64,000 nt of DNA from Eubacteriales bacterium (lineage in GTDB: Bacteria; Bacillota; Clostridia; Oscillospirales; CAG-272): contig JAZQMQ010000018.1 in NCBI GenBank assembly GCA_045543555.1, positions 10,985-74,984 on the forward strand. Reading direction: 5' to 3'. This document shows positions 54,936-64,000 of this stretch, one piece after another. Within the stretch, counting starts at the first letter, position 1. Every line of letters starts with the position of its first letter. The notes beneath the pieces were generated by a model, which saw only the letters and a list, made by a program, of their open reading frames with translations, was not told the origin of the DNA and searched no databases. Made by a program: the position numbers and the translations under genes.

Positions 54936-55241
54936 ATGAGCACGAAATGGATCGACGCTCAGATGTTTGCTGAATGGGGAGTTGACCTTCTCAAATACGA
55001 TTTTTGCTTCCATTCGTCAATAATTGCCGCGGATATTCTTTATAAGAGAATGGGTCTTGCACTGGCAAACTGCGGAAGAGACATTCTGTATAGCGCTTGT
55101 TCGTGGGGTGTTGCTGACACAAGAACCTGGATAGCCGAAACAGGTGCGTCAATGTGGCGTTCAACAGACGACCTTCACCACACTTGGGAATATCTTAAGG
55201 ATCTTTCTCTGCGCAGGATGAAGCCTCTTGAATTCGGCAGC
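54936..55241 (+). pseudogene. GH27 alpha-galactosidase internal fragment (about 100 aa)
   Basis: FAEWGVDLLKYDFC (compare WGVDYLKYDNC), CGRDILYSACSWG, and MWRSTDD. Confidence 0.6.
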
Positions 55242-56068
55242 ACTGTTATCATCGTTTGCTTGGGAAACCTTCACGGATGCGATCTGAACAACTGCATACA
55301 CGTCCTCGTCAGCCACGATGATCTTCTTCTTAATTGGGAAAGAACATTCGAGTTTCCTACCGTCTATACATTAAAGGAAAACGGTGAGAAAAACTAGTAC
55401 AATGCCTTTGATCCCTGCCGTTATACGGACGGCTATTGCCCGTACTTTTTGCCCGTGGGCGATAAGGATATTCTTCTGCGTTTCAGTCACCGTCAGGGCG
55501 GAAAATATATCTTGGGCGATTACGATAGCGAAAACAAGAAATTCTACGCCAAAAACGGCGGAGCGTTTAACGTTCACGCCTGGTACAGCGGCATTTACGC
55601 CCCACTTCCGCATTCGCCGAAAGCCGCAATATCGAGCATAATTTTATCCACGATAACCTTATTCCCGCAGTCGAAACCAGGGTATTGCGCTCCGAGGGCG
55701 TCAGGGACAACACCGCCATCCGCTTCTATAGAAACCGCGGTGCGATGGATTGGAAGGGCTATCAGATAAATCCGCACCATTGGGCAAACGGGGCTAAGAG
55801 TATTCTCGAAATAGGCAGCTCATCTTCGTCCCTTTCTCCCGATGTTGCTCACCATTCCGCAGAGCATCAGAGCTTCTACATCCCCTGCGACACTGATATA
55901 TACCTGCAAATTTTCGTGGATAAAAGCATCGTCTGGGCCTTTGCAAACGGTAAGCGTTGCGTTACTGTCCGTGCCTATCCGACCCTGTCTGACAGTAATA
56001 CCGTCTTGGTCATCTCCCGCGGCATAGACGTAAAGGTAAAATACGACGATTGGACGATGGAAAAATAG
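55242..56068 (+). pseudogene. GH32-like (beta-fructosidase-type) fragments in at least three frames
   Basis: VSHDDLLLNWER, GGKYILGDYDSENKKFYAKNGGAFN, and the C-terminal IYLQIFVDKSIVWAFANGKRCVTVRAYP. Confidence 0.4.
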
Positions 56069-56230
56069 AACACTAAAAGCAAAAAGACACCACAACGGCG
56101 TCCTTTTTGCGTTGGCTGCGGATCTGTCTTGGCGCCCGGCAGGCAACAGTTCGCGACTGTGCGACTGCGTGTTACTGCAAACTCGCTGAACGGCATATTC
56201 TGCAGTTCTTGCGCAGAATCCGACATCAAA

Positions 56231-57877
56231 TCATAAGGGAATGTATGTTTCGCAGTCGCAGTCAAGAAGAGTTTCGGCAGATTTCACCCATATACAAGGT
56301 TTTACCTTTGAGGTAAGTGTATTGTTTTTTACTATAGCCTCTCTTGTACGGTCGATGACGATGGCAAAATCGGAGTAAGGAGCATCTATGATGTTATTCT
56401 CGATAACAACACGACCCTGTGGCATAAAGCCGGAGGTCTCCGTGTCCATTGTAACCGAGATTCCGCCGCAAAGTGAATTGCGGCATCCGTTGTCAATGAA
56501 GCGACAACCGCGGATGGTGACGTCCTCCATATTGACGCCTTCCTTCCATCTTGCCTCAGCGGCGATCTTTACAGCAACGTCAAATACACTTGTAACGGTA
56601 CAGTTCTCGATGAGAGCGCGGCGGCTCTTGATGAGAATGGAACGGGCATAGTGATTGTGGACGTGGCAGTTTACAAATTCAAGGTCGGGTACCTGTTCGG
56701 GGTCACAGATGAGATATCCCTCAAAGGAGTCGGGGAGATCGCGGTCAACGGTAACCAGTGCTGTACGGCTCTTCTCGTCCACGGTCATCTCCAGAACCTT
56801 GAAGGTATCCTCCGGCATAAGCGTTCCGTAGTTCACAAGCTCCAGAGTATCTCCCACATCGGGATGGTCAATGGACTGGGTATGGGTACCGGTGGGGGCA
56901 TCAACCCTGAGGCGGCAGGATCTGTTTGAAATCCTCTCGGGGGTGTAGTAGTATGTATGAACATTGATGGAGTCATCGCCCTGACCCTCAAATTCGCATC
57001 CGTCCAAACGGAGAAGACCGCGGCAGGATGCAAAATGGGTGGCGTCTGTGTTGGTAGACATATGCTCGCCCGCCGCCGGAACAACGCGAAGACGGTCGAT
57101 GATGATATTCTCAGCGTGCATGGCGGTAATACCCATTCCGTTGGAGGAGTGAATGGTGATATCGCTGATGTGAGTGTTCTTCGCCCTCTCTATAAGCACA
57201 GCAGGACGTGAGTGGAAGGTGTGCCAAATATAGTACTCGCGTTCGGCGTTATCGGCGATGCCGCGAACACCGTGACCGCAGATATATCTCAGATGATGAT
57301 TGTCTATGTATTGCACTTTATAAACTGCCTGTTTTGTTTCAAACCGTCTTGCAGTGTTGATGTAGAAGCAACTTCTCGGCATGGGTGTGTTGGGATATAT
57401 CTCGTCGGGACTGTAACCGTCGTAAATGACTGCTTCGAGAGATGTACCGTTTATGTCAACCGTTTCCACACCTTTGTAGGTGAGGAGTACTTTTGTGTAA
57501 GGACGTCTCTTGTAATCTACGGTAAATCCGGTAACGGTAACGCCATCGCAGTCCTTTATGGAAATAGGCTCCATAAAGCCGTCTATCATAAGGGTGGCGC
57601 CGTCGGGAGCGATGACGGTGGAATTTTTGTGACCGGTGAAATCGAGTCCGCAGTCATACTTGTAATCGGGATTGAACATAATGGGCTCGGGATTTTCTCC
57701 CCATTCACCCATCATACATTTTCTCTGATTTTCACGGGACAGCTCTGTAGTGATGTTATATGTACCGCGGGGAACGATGAGAGTTGAGCCCGGATCCTTC
57801 TTAAGCACGTCAAGCGCGGCGGCAAAACGGGCGCGGTCGTCTGTACCGTGGAAGTCTGCAAGATTTATTGTTATCAT
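56231..57877 (-). CDS. Right-handed parallel beta-helix repeat protein (pectate-lyase-fold glycosidase/lyase-like), cytoplasmic
   Basis: N-terminal ...STLIVPRGTYNITT... is followed by repeated units such as ITIHSSNGMGI, VNCHVHNHYARSILI, VTIRGCRFIDN. The ATG at 57877 has AAAGG upstream. Confidence 0.65.
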   Translation of the reverse strand: MITINLADFHGTDDRARFAAALDVLKKDPGSTLIVPRGTYNITTELSRENQRKCMMGEWGENPEPIMFNPDYKYDCGLDFTGHKNSTVIAPDGATLMIDGFMEPISIKDCDGVTVTGFTVDYKRRPYTKVLLTYKGVETVDINGTSLEAVIYDGYSPDEIYPNTPMPRSCFYINTARRFETKQAVYKVQYIDNHHLRYICGHGVRGIADNAEREYYIWHTFHSRPAVLIERAKNTHISDITIHSSNGMGITAMHAENIIIDRLRVVPAAGEHMSTNTDATHFASCRGLLRLDGCEFEGQGDDSINVHTYYYTPERISNRSCRLRVDAPTGTHTQSIDHPDVGDTLELVNYGTLMPEDTFKVLEMTVDEKSRTALVTVDRDLPDSFEGYLICDPEQVPDLEFVNCHVHNHYARSILIKSRRALIENCTVTSVFDVAVKIAAEARWKEGVNMEDVTIRGCRFIDNGCRNSLCGGISVTMDTETSGFMPQGRVVIENNIIDAPYSDFAIVIDRTREAIVKNNTLTSKVKPCIWVKSAETLLDCDCETYIPL

Positions 57878-58056
57878 GATATGCACCTTTCTCTCTTGGA
57901 GCGTTTTTTATACTTCGTATATGTCCGCGGAAACGGATCACACACTGATTGTATCACGAAAAAATAAAATTCGTCAATATGTTTTGAAACTTGTTAATGT
58001 AAGAACATCAAAAGCAAAGGAGGCCAACGGCTGACCTGCGATAAAGAAGGTCGGCC

Positions 58057-58260
58057 GAATGATGTTTGCCCTTGCGTGCAAGTGATGAAGCCTTCGGCAA
58101 AGATGTTTGCTGCTTAAATAATGTTACGCTTAACGGCGTAATGGGCAAACATCACATCATATTGTATTGAAAGCGTAATAAATCATTGTGCGTAAGCACA
58201 ACATCATTATGAGCGAAGCGAATAACATCACTTCTTTACCACCCGAAAGCAAAATACAGT
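58057..58260. other. Hairpin-rich, non-coding segment (candidate structured RNA or decayed repeat array)
   Basis: A 12-bp long-range stem pairs 58060-58071 with 58143-58154. Local hairpins are gcaaa-gatg-tttgc, ttacgc-ttaacg-gcgtaa and ttgtgc-gtaa-gcacaa. The octamer AACATCA(C/T) or its complement occurs 5-6 times. Confidence 0.3.
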
Positions 58261-58295
58261 ATAACACACTACACCTTACAGGCAAGATAGTGTGC

Positions 58296-58325
58296 AAAAA
58301 GTACGAGAAAACTCTCGTACTTTTT
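58296..58325. terminator. Bidirectional terminator after the HAD gene
   Basis: aaaaagtacgag-aaaact-ctcgtacttttt. Confidence 0.8.
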
Positions 58326-58379
58326 GACTTCTTATAAAACTGCTTTACGGTAAGTGCCCCAAGTGGTGTCTTCTTGCTT

Positions 58380-59078
58380 TTAAATATTAAATATCATCTC
58401 AAGTATAAGGGGAATCATATCAAGGGAGCTTGCCTGATAATCAGGAATTATGTCGGCGGCAGGCTCTTTGCCTTTATGATTGTACCAAACCGTTGTAATT
58501 CCCGCGTTTTTGCCGCCCTTAATGTCTGAGGTGAGGCTGTCGCCGATCATTACACAGTCTTTTTTGTCCTTTATACCTGCTTTGCTCAGGGCATATTCGA
58601 AGAACCTTGCATCGGGCTTGTCATATCCGACTCTTTGGGAAATAAATATATCCTTAAAATAACGGGCGATGCCTGATTTTTCTATTCTTCGGTCCTGAAC
58701 CGTTGCGGTGCCGTTTGAAGCGGCGTAAAGGTCATATTTTTCGCTTAATTCGTCAAGAAGCTCTATGGCGCCGTCGAGCATAAAGCTTTGGCTGCCGATA
58801 TTGTATTCGTAGAGCTTCCAGGTTTTCTCGGGGTCGCCCGCAACACCGATGGCTTCAAACAGCAAGGCAAAACGACCGCCCAAAACTTGAACACGTGTCC
58901 ACTCGCCCTTTTCAAGCTTTTCCCAACATGATTTGTTGATCTTACTGTAAAGAGCCACGACCTCGTCGTTTACATTGATGCCTATTTCGTTTAATGTTTG
59001 TCTTAATGCTTGATCCTCTGCACGCTTAAAGTCAAATATCGTGTCATCGAGGTCAAGGAAGATAATTTTCTTATCCAT
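58380..59078 (-). CDS. HAD-IA family hydrolase (YjjG-like nucleotidase type)
   Basis: MDKKIIFLDLDDTIFDF is motif I, and MIGDSLTSDIKGG is motif IV. The start lies 1 nt after the asnA stop. Confidence 0.75.
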   Translation of the reverse strand: MDKKIIFLDLDDTIFDFKRAEDQALRQTLNEIGINVNDEVVALYSKINKSCWEKLEKGEWTRVQVLGGRFALLFEAIGVAGDPEKTWKLYEYNIGSQSFMLDGAIELLDELSEKYDLYAASNGTATVQDRRIEKSGIARYFKDIFISQRVGYDKPDARFFEYALSKAGIKDKKDCVMIGDSLTSDIKGGKNAGITTVWYNHKGKEPAADIIPDYQASSLDMIPLILEMIFNI

Positions 59079-59079
59079 A

Positions 59080-60084
59080 TTACAGAAGCGGAATACCGTT
59101 TTCGTGGCAAATACTGATTGTTTCGTTATCCCATACCGACGACTGAACCTCGCCGATATGCGCTTTCTGAAGGAAGAACATACACATTCTCGACTGACCG
59201 ATACCGCCACCGATGGTGTAGGGAAGCTCGCCGTTTAAGAGCGCGCGGTGGAAGGGAAGGGATGCTCTGTCCTCACAGCCTCTTATCTTGAGCTGGCGCA
59301 TGAGAGCCTCCTCGTCAACTCTTATACCCATTGAGGAAAGCTCAAGAGATATGTCGAGAAGCTCATAATAAACGATAATATCGCCGTTAAGCGACCAGTC
59401 GTCGTAGTCGGGAGCGCGTCCGTCGTGGGGCTTGCCCGATTTAAGCGCACCGCCTATCTGCATAAGGAAGATTGCGCCGTATTCCTTTGCAGCCTCGTAT
59501 TCTCTCTGCTTGGGTGTAAGGTCGGGGTATCTGTCCTCAAGCTCCTGAGAGGTAATGAAGGTTATTTTTTCGGGAAGAAGACGTTTCGCAAACGCATAGT
59601 CATCAGCGATGTGCTTTTCGGTGTGACGGAGTGCGGCATATATCTTCTTGACGGTGGATTTAAGGGTATCCATCGTTCTTTCGTCCTTTGAAATGATCCT
59701 CTCCCAGTCCCACTGGTCAACGAAAACAGAGTGAATGTTGTCGGTGTCCTCGTCGCGACGGATAGCGTTCATATCGGTGTAAAGACCCTCGCCGTTTTCG
59801 AAACCGTATTCCTTCAGCGCGTTTCTCTTCCACTTTGCAAGGGAATGAACGATCTCGGCTTCCGATTCAACACCCTTGATATCAAAGGTAACAGCTCTTT
59901 CAACGCCGTTAAGATCGTCGTTAAGACCCGAATTTCTCGTGACAAAAAGAGGCGCTGAAACTCTGATGAGATCAAGCTGAATTGCGAGGTCTCTTTCAAA
60001 AAAGTCCTTGACCTTCTTTATTGCCATCTGCGTCTGGCGCGGGTTTAGTATTGATGTGTAGTCCTTTGGAATGTAAACGCTCAT
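59080..60084 (-). CDS. asnA: Aspartate--ammonia ligase
   Basis: NPRQTQMAIKKVKDFFERDLAIQLDLIRVSAPLFV...GGGIGQSRMCMFFL. Confidence 0.9.
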   Translation of the reverse strand: MSVYIPKDYTSILNPRQTQMAIKKVKDFFERDLAIQLDLIRVSAPLFVTRNSGLNDDLNGVERAVTFDIKGVESEAEIVHSLAKWKRNALKEYGFENGEGLYTDMNAIRRDEDTDNIHSVFVDQWDWERIISKDERTMDTLKSTVKKIYAALRHTEKHIADDYAFAKRLLPEKITFITSQELEDRYPDLTPKQREYEAAKEYGAIFLMQIGGALKSGKPHDGRAPDYDDWSLNGDIIVYYELLDISLELSSMGIRVDEEALMRQLKIRGCEDRASLPFHRALLNGELPYTIGGGIGQSRMCMFFLQKAHIGEVQSSVWDNETISICHENGIPLL

Positions 60085-60184
60085 ATATAATCTCCGTTAT
60101 GAATAAAACTGGATATATTTTACTACATCTGATCGAAAAAGGCAATATATTTTTTAAAATTATGTAACTAATATGTTTTTTACC

Positions 60185-60213
60185 TTGACATTGGTTTATA
60201 AATGGCGTAAAAT
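60185..60213 (+). promoter_or_regulatory. Sigma-A promoter of the lipid-kinase gene
   Basis: TTGACA at 60185-60190, a 17-nt spacer, TAAAAT at 60208-60213. Confidence 0.6.
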
Positions 60214-60246
60214 CGTTAGTACATAACATTGGAGGGCGTGCTTATC

Positions 60247-61137
60247 ATGTCAAAGAAAGCATTAATAATCGTAAATCCCGTTGCGGGAAAAATGAAGATA
60301 AAAGAGGAGCTTCCAACAGTTGATACACTGCTTCAGGCTCAGGGATATTTTACAAAAATATATTATACCAAGGCTAAGGGCGATGCTTCAAGGGCTGCCG
60401 CAAAATTCGGCAGAAGCTGGGACGTTATAGTTTGCTGTGGCGGTGACGGAACCTTAAATGAGGTTATTGCAGGTCTTCTTAAGATTGAAGAGAAGCCGCT
60501 ACTTTTGTATTATCCGTGCGGTTCTACAAACGATTTTGCAACTACTCTCGGTCTTTCAGACAAACCCGAGGAGTCGGTTTGGGATATCGACGGCAAGGAG
60601 GTCCTTGATCTCGACGTTGGCCTGTTCAATGGTGAGCTTAATTTCTCATATATCGCATCGTTCGGAATATTTGTGAAGGCATCTTATTCAGCTCCACAAA
60701 AGCTAAAGAATGCATTTGGACATTTTGCATACGTCCTTCAGGGCATCAAGGAGCTCCCAACGATCGGTAAATCCTACCACACGAAAATTACATACGACGA
60801 CGGAACGATCGAGGGCGATTACGCTCTTGTTGCTGTAACAAATTCCACGTCTGCGGGCGGAGTGTTGAGACTTTCGCGCGAGCAGGTTAAGCTTAACGAC
60901 GGACTTTTTGAGATACTTCTGATCAGGGGCGTTAAGACAATGGCTGATGCCGCAATTGCAATAAAGAAGCTCTTATCCAAGGAATATGACGGTGAATTCG
61001 TTACTCTTTTACACACAACAAAAGCACTTATCGAGTGTGAGGATGCGCCTTCTTGGTGTACTGACGGCGAATATGCGGGAGATCTGTGCAAAGTAGAGGC
61101 TGAATGCCTTAAGGGTGCTGTAAGACTTCTTATTTAA
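60247..61137 (+). CDS. Diacylglycerol/lipid kinase family protein (YegS/DagK-like)
   Basis: ALIIVNPVAGK and CCGGDGTLNEV. Confidence 0.85.
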   Translation: MSKKALIIVNPVAGKMKIKEELPTVDTLLQAQGYFTKIYYTKAKGDASRAAAKFGRSWDVIVCCGGDGTLNEVIAGLLKIEEKPLLLYYPCGSTNDFATTLGLSDKPEESVWDIDGKEVLDLDVGLFNGELNFSYIASFGIFVKASYSAPQKLKNAFGHFAYVLQGIKELPTIGKSYHTKITYDDGTIEGDYALVAVTNSTSAGGVLRLSREQVKLNDGLFEILLIRGVKTMADAAIAIKKLLSKEYDGEFVTLLHTTKALIECEDAPSWCTDGEYAGDLCKVEAECLKGAVRLLI

Positions 61138-61146
61138 AATTTGATT

Positions 61147-61192
61147 AAAAACGGTTTTCGACGGAACATCTGCTGTCGGAGGCCGTTTTTTT
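61147..61192 (+). terminator. Rho-independent terminator
   Basis: An imperfect stem, aaaaacgg...ccgttttttt, with an inner cgac/gtcg helix and a T7 tail. Confidence 0.65.
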
Positions 61193-61270
61193 GCTTGCTA
61201 CGGTTGACATTTAGCCTATAATATAGTATAATACTCATAATAGTATGCTATCATAGGAGAATATTACCCT

Positions 61271-62065
61271 TTGAACGATAAAACAGTTAAAATACTTGCT
61301 CTCGGAGACATCACCGGTGCTGAGGCATCGGAAAAGGTCTGTAGATGTCTGCCGTCAATAAAGCGTGAATACGGCGTCTCTTTTACCGTTGCAAACGGCG
61401 AGAATGCCGCTCAAGGTAATGGCCTTGACAAGAGAACTGCAGAGCTTTTGCTCGGCGGTGGAATCGATGTTCTTACTTCAGGAAACCATATATGGCAAAA
61501 AAGAGAGATGGTCGATTACATCGACGATAATTCCTATATTATCCGTCCCGCAAATTACCCCAAGGGCACTCCCGGTAAGGGATCAGTTGTTTTTGAAAGC
61601 TTCGGCTTCCGAGTTCTTGTGATGAACGTTCTCGGAACAACGTATCTCGATTCATATTCCTGCCCCTTTGATGCGGTAGAGTCGCTTTTAAACGAAAATA
61701 AAGGATACTACGATCTGTCGATATTGGATATACACGCAGAAGCTACATCCGAAAAGCTTGCGGTTGCAAATTACTTTGACGGAAGGATCGATATAATATA
61801 CGGAACGCACACACACGTTCAGACTGCCGACGTAAGAATACTGCCAAAAGGAACCGGATATCTTACCGATCTTGGAATGTGTGGCCCCATAGATTCAATT
61901 CTCGGTGTAAGTTGTGATAAGGTTATAAGTAAATTCCGAACAAAGTTGCCTGTGCGGTTTGAAACACCTTCAGGACCATGTGAGCTTAATGGTGCATTGT
62001 TCACATATGACAGACAAATAAAGAAAGTAACATCCGTAGAACTTATACGTCGAGAAATCGGTTGA
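61271..62065 (+). CDS. ymdB: YmdB-type (TIGR00282) metallophosphoesterase; apparent TTG start
   Basis: VKILALGDITG, ANGENAAQGNGL, GNHIW, YGTHTHVQTAD. Confidence 0.8.
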   Translation: MNDKTVKILALGDITGAEASEKVCRCLPSIKREYGVSFTVANGENAAQGNGLDKRTAELLLGGGIDVLTSGNHIWQKREMVDYIDDNSYIIRPANYPKGTPGKGSVVFESFGFRVLVMNVLGTTYLDSYSCPFDAVESLLNENKGYYDLSILDIHAEATSEKLAVANYFDGRIDIIYGTHTHVQTADVRILPKGTGYLTDLGMCGPIDSILGVSCDKVISKFRTKLPVRFETPSGPCELNGALFTYDRQIKKVTSVELIRREIG

Positions 62066-62138
62066 TCTGTCAACCTCAATACAACAATAAAACGCAAACT
62101 TCAGTTGTCCGGTGTCGGACGAAAGGAAATATCTTAAA

Positions 62139-64000
62139 ATGCAGAAATACATAGAAAAGGTGGAGAGTGTATCTCTCCCTGTGGTTATATTAAGGGGAAT
62201 AATCCCGTTCCCGTCAATTCCGATCAGCTTTGAGCTTACAGACGAAAAGGTGGCTGCCGCTTGTGAGGAGGCGGAAGATGGAGACGGCCTCATATTCCTT
62301 GTATCTCAGGTCGATCTTACCGACGAAAAGCCTACTCCGGAGGGACTGTTCACCGTCGGAACAGCTGCACAGATAAAGCAGACTGTTCGTCTTCCCGAAG
62401 GAAATCTTAAGGTGTTTGCAACCGGGTATTGCAGAGCTACGGTAGAAAAGTACCGTTATGATGGCAAAAAGCTCTATGCGGATCTTATGTGTAAAACACT
62501 ACAAACAGAAAATAACGGCGGTGTCAAGGGTGAAGCTCTTGTTATGGAGATGAATACGATATTCGACGAGTTCACCTCCTTCCTTCCAAAAACGTCTGCA
62601 GAAATTCAGACGGCTGTCAGATCTATCAAAAATCCCGGATTGCTTTCTGATTTTATTGCATGTAACGTTCTTTTAAATTTCCTTGATAAGCAAAAGGTGC
62701 TTGAGGAGTATAACCCTCTTAAGAGAGCAGAGCTTGTTTGTGTCCTTATGGAAAAGGAAAGCAAGGTGCTCAGCACCGAGATGAAGATACACAAGAAAGT
62801 CAGATCCCGTTTGGATCAAAACCAGAGGGATTATTATCTCAAGGAGCAGCTTAAGGCAATAAAAGAAGAGCTTGGCGAAAACGATGAGGATGAAGACGAG
62901 GAAATCGTTGAATATAACTCAAAGATAGCAAATGCGTCGCTTCCCGAAGAGGTAAGAGAAAAGCTTACCAAGGAAGTGAAAAAGCTTGCGAAAATGCCTT
63001 ATACATCTGCCGAAAGCAGTGTTATGAGAAATTATCTCGACCTCTGTCTTGAGCTTCCATGGGGCAAAAAGAGTAAGGACCGTCTCGACGTTAAGAGTGC
63101 AAAGAAGATTCTTGACGCCGACCATAACGGTCTTGAAAAGATAAAAGAAAGAATTCTCGAGTTCATTGCGGTCAAGCAGATGAACCCGGAGCTGAAAAAT
63201 CAGATCCTTTGTCTTGTTGGTCCTCCCGGAACCGGTAAAACCTCAATAGGTGCATCGATTGCGAGAGCTCTTAAGAGGGAATACGTAAGAGTATCTCTCG
63301 GCGGTGTTCGTGACGAGGCTGATATAAGAGGTCACAGAAAGACCTACGTTGCGGCAATGCCCGGGCGTATCGTAACTGCAATAAATCAGGCGCAGACACT
63401 TAATCCTGTAATTCTCCTCGATGAGATCGATAAGCTCACCCGTGACAATCACGGCGATCCGTCGTCAGCGCTTCTTGAGGTTCTTGATACCGAGCAAAAC
63501 AAGTCATTCAGAGATCATTTCGTTGAGCTTCCCATCGATCTTTCGGACTGTCTGTTCATCGCAACCGCAAACGATATCGATAACATTCCCAGACCTCTTC
63601 TTGACAGAATGGAGGTCATCGAGCTTAAAATTTATACCCGTCACGAGAAGCTTGCCATCGCAAAGGACCACCTCATTCCCAAGCAGATGAAGCGTCACGG
63701 ATTAAGCAAAAAAACGCTTAAGATAAGCGACGGCGCGATCCTTGAGATCGTAGATTTCTACACAAGAGAAGCGGGTGTACGTAATCTTGAAAGAGAGCTT
63801 GCATCGGTTTGCAGAAAAGCGGCAAAGAAAATGGTTGAGACCGAGGAAGCTCTCATCAAAATAACCGATAAGAATTTAAAGGATTATCTCGGTGTACGCA
63901 AGATAACCCCCGACAAGATATACGGTGATAACGAGATAGGCGTGGTAAACGGTCTGGCATATACAGAGGTCGGCGGCGATCTTCTCCGAGTTGAAGCTGC
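62139..64000 (+). CDS. lon: Lon protease (endopeptidase La), 3' end beyond the window
   Basis: The N-terminal LON domain (LPVVILRGIIPFPSIPISFEL), Walker A LVGPPGTGKTS, and ILLDEIDK. The frame is open to position 64000. Confidence 0.9.
   Translation, partial: MQKYIEKVESVSLPVVILRGIIPFPSIPISFELTDEKVAAACEEAEDGDGLIFLVSQVDLTDEKPTPEGLFTVGTAAQIKQTVRLPEGNLKVFATGYCRATVEKYRYDGKKLYADLMCKTLQTENNGGVKGEALVMEMNTIFDEFTSFLPKTSAEIQTAVRSIKNPGLLSDFIACNVLLNFLDKQKVLEEYNPLKRAELVCVLMEKESKVLSTEMKIHKKVRSRLDQNQRDYYLKEQLKAIKEELGENDEDEDEEIVEYNSKIANASLPEEVREKLTKEVKKLAKMPYTSAESSVMRNYLDLCLELPWGKKSKDRLDVKSAKKILDADHNGLEKIKERILEFIAVKQMNPELKNQILCLVGPPGTGKTSIGASIARALKREYVRVSLGGVRDEADIRGHRKTYVAAMPGRIVTAINQAQTLNPVILLDEIDKLTRDNHGDPSSALLEVLDTEQNKSFRDHFVELPIDLSDCLFIATANDIDNIPRPLLDRMEVIELKIYTRHEKLAIAKDHLIPKQMKRHGLSKKTLKISDGAILEIVDFYTREAGVRNLERELASVCRKAAKKMVETEEALIKITDKNLKDYLGVRKITPDKIYGDNEIGVVNGLAYTEVGGDLLRVEA

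Noticed and set aside
58057-58260. A possible CRISPR array or tRNA cluster in the repeat- and hairpin-rich intergenic region
   Set aside because: The repeated units are only about 8 nt, irregularly spaced and in both orientations. There is no 25-40-nt direct repeat with unique spacers, no cloverleaf and no cas genes.
1-64000. Explaining all frameshifted genes as sequencing or assembly error
   Set aside because: Several breaks do lie in homopolymers and remain ambiguous. But multi-hundred-nt internal deletions, missing domains, lost start codons and juxtaposed fragments of unrelated genes cannot be produced by indel errors.
1-64000. Prophage, integrative element, transposon or defence island
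   Set aside because: I recognised no integrase, transposase, recombinase, phage structural, restriction-modification, toxin-antitoxin or other defence-type protein. There are also no terminal inverted repeats or tRNA-flanked boundaries.

Overview
The window looks like chromosomal DNA from a low-GC, spore-forming Firmicute of the Clostridia type. The evidence is an alpha/beta-type SASP, a CotH protein, an Rnf complex, NfnAB, sortase B and canonical sigma-A promoters. I found no rRNA, tRNA, CRISPR array, transposase or integrase. About 50 intact genes are present. They include housekeeping genes (RsmF-like and TrmH-like methyltransferases, AsnA, GpmI, YmdB, DagK-like kinase and Lon, which is cut by the right edge), an amino-acid ABC transporter, a PadR-DUF1700-DUF4097 operon, and a Crp/Fnr-linked oxidative-stress operon (ferredoxin, four-module flavodiiron protein, ferritin, rubredoxin). 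Three things stand out. (1) At 19.6-28.0 kb there is an Opp/Dpp-type ABC importer with extra modules on three subunits. The binding protein is oversized at about 740 aa. The OppC-type permease carries a roughly 310-aa RCC1-like beta-propeller in its first extracytoplasmic loop. The OppF-type ATPase carries a roughly 195-aa predicted coiled-coil arm between Walker A and the Q-loop. A translationally coupled 70-aa membrane protein follows. (2) At 35.5-45.5 kb there is a divergent redox locus. On one side is an rnfDGEAB operon with its own promoter and no rnfC, a double-length RnfG and an RnfD without the canonical flavinylation motif. On the other side is a co-directional run of two-repeat lipoprotein, ApbE, NusG-II protein, Gx transporter, NfnA and NfnB. 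(3) Gene decay is unusually dense, with at least 14 frameshifted, truncated or deletion-fused relics, mostly carbohydrate-utilisation genes and regulators. One 1.9-kb stretch is made of three unrelated glycosidase fragments. Smaller observations include a split 40+20-nt intergenic repeat, a hairpin-rich 200-nt intergenic region, and predicted Crp/Fnr and PadR operators. All calls come from reading the translations and sequence by eye. No database search was run.
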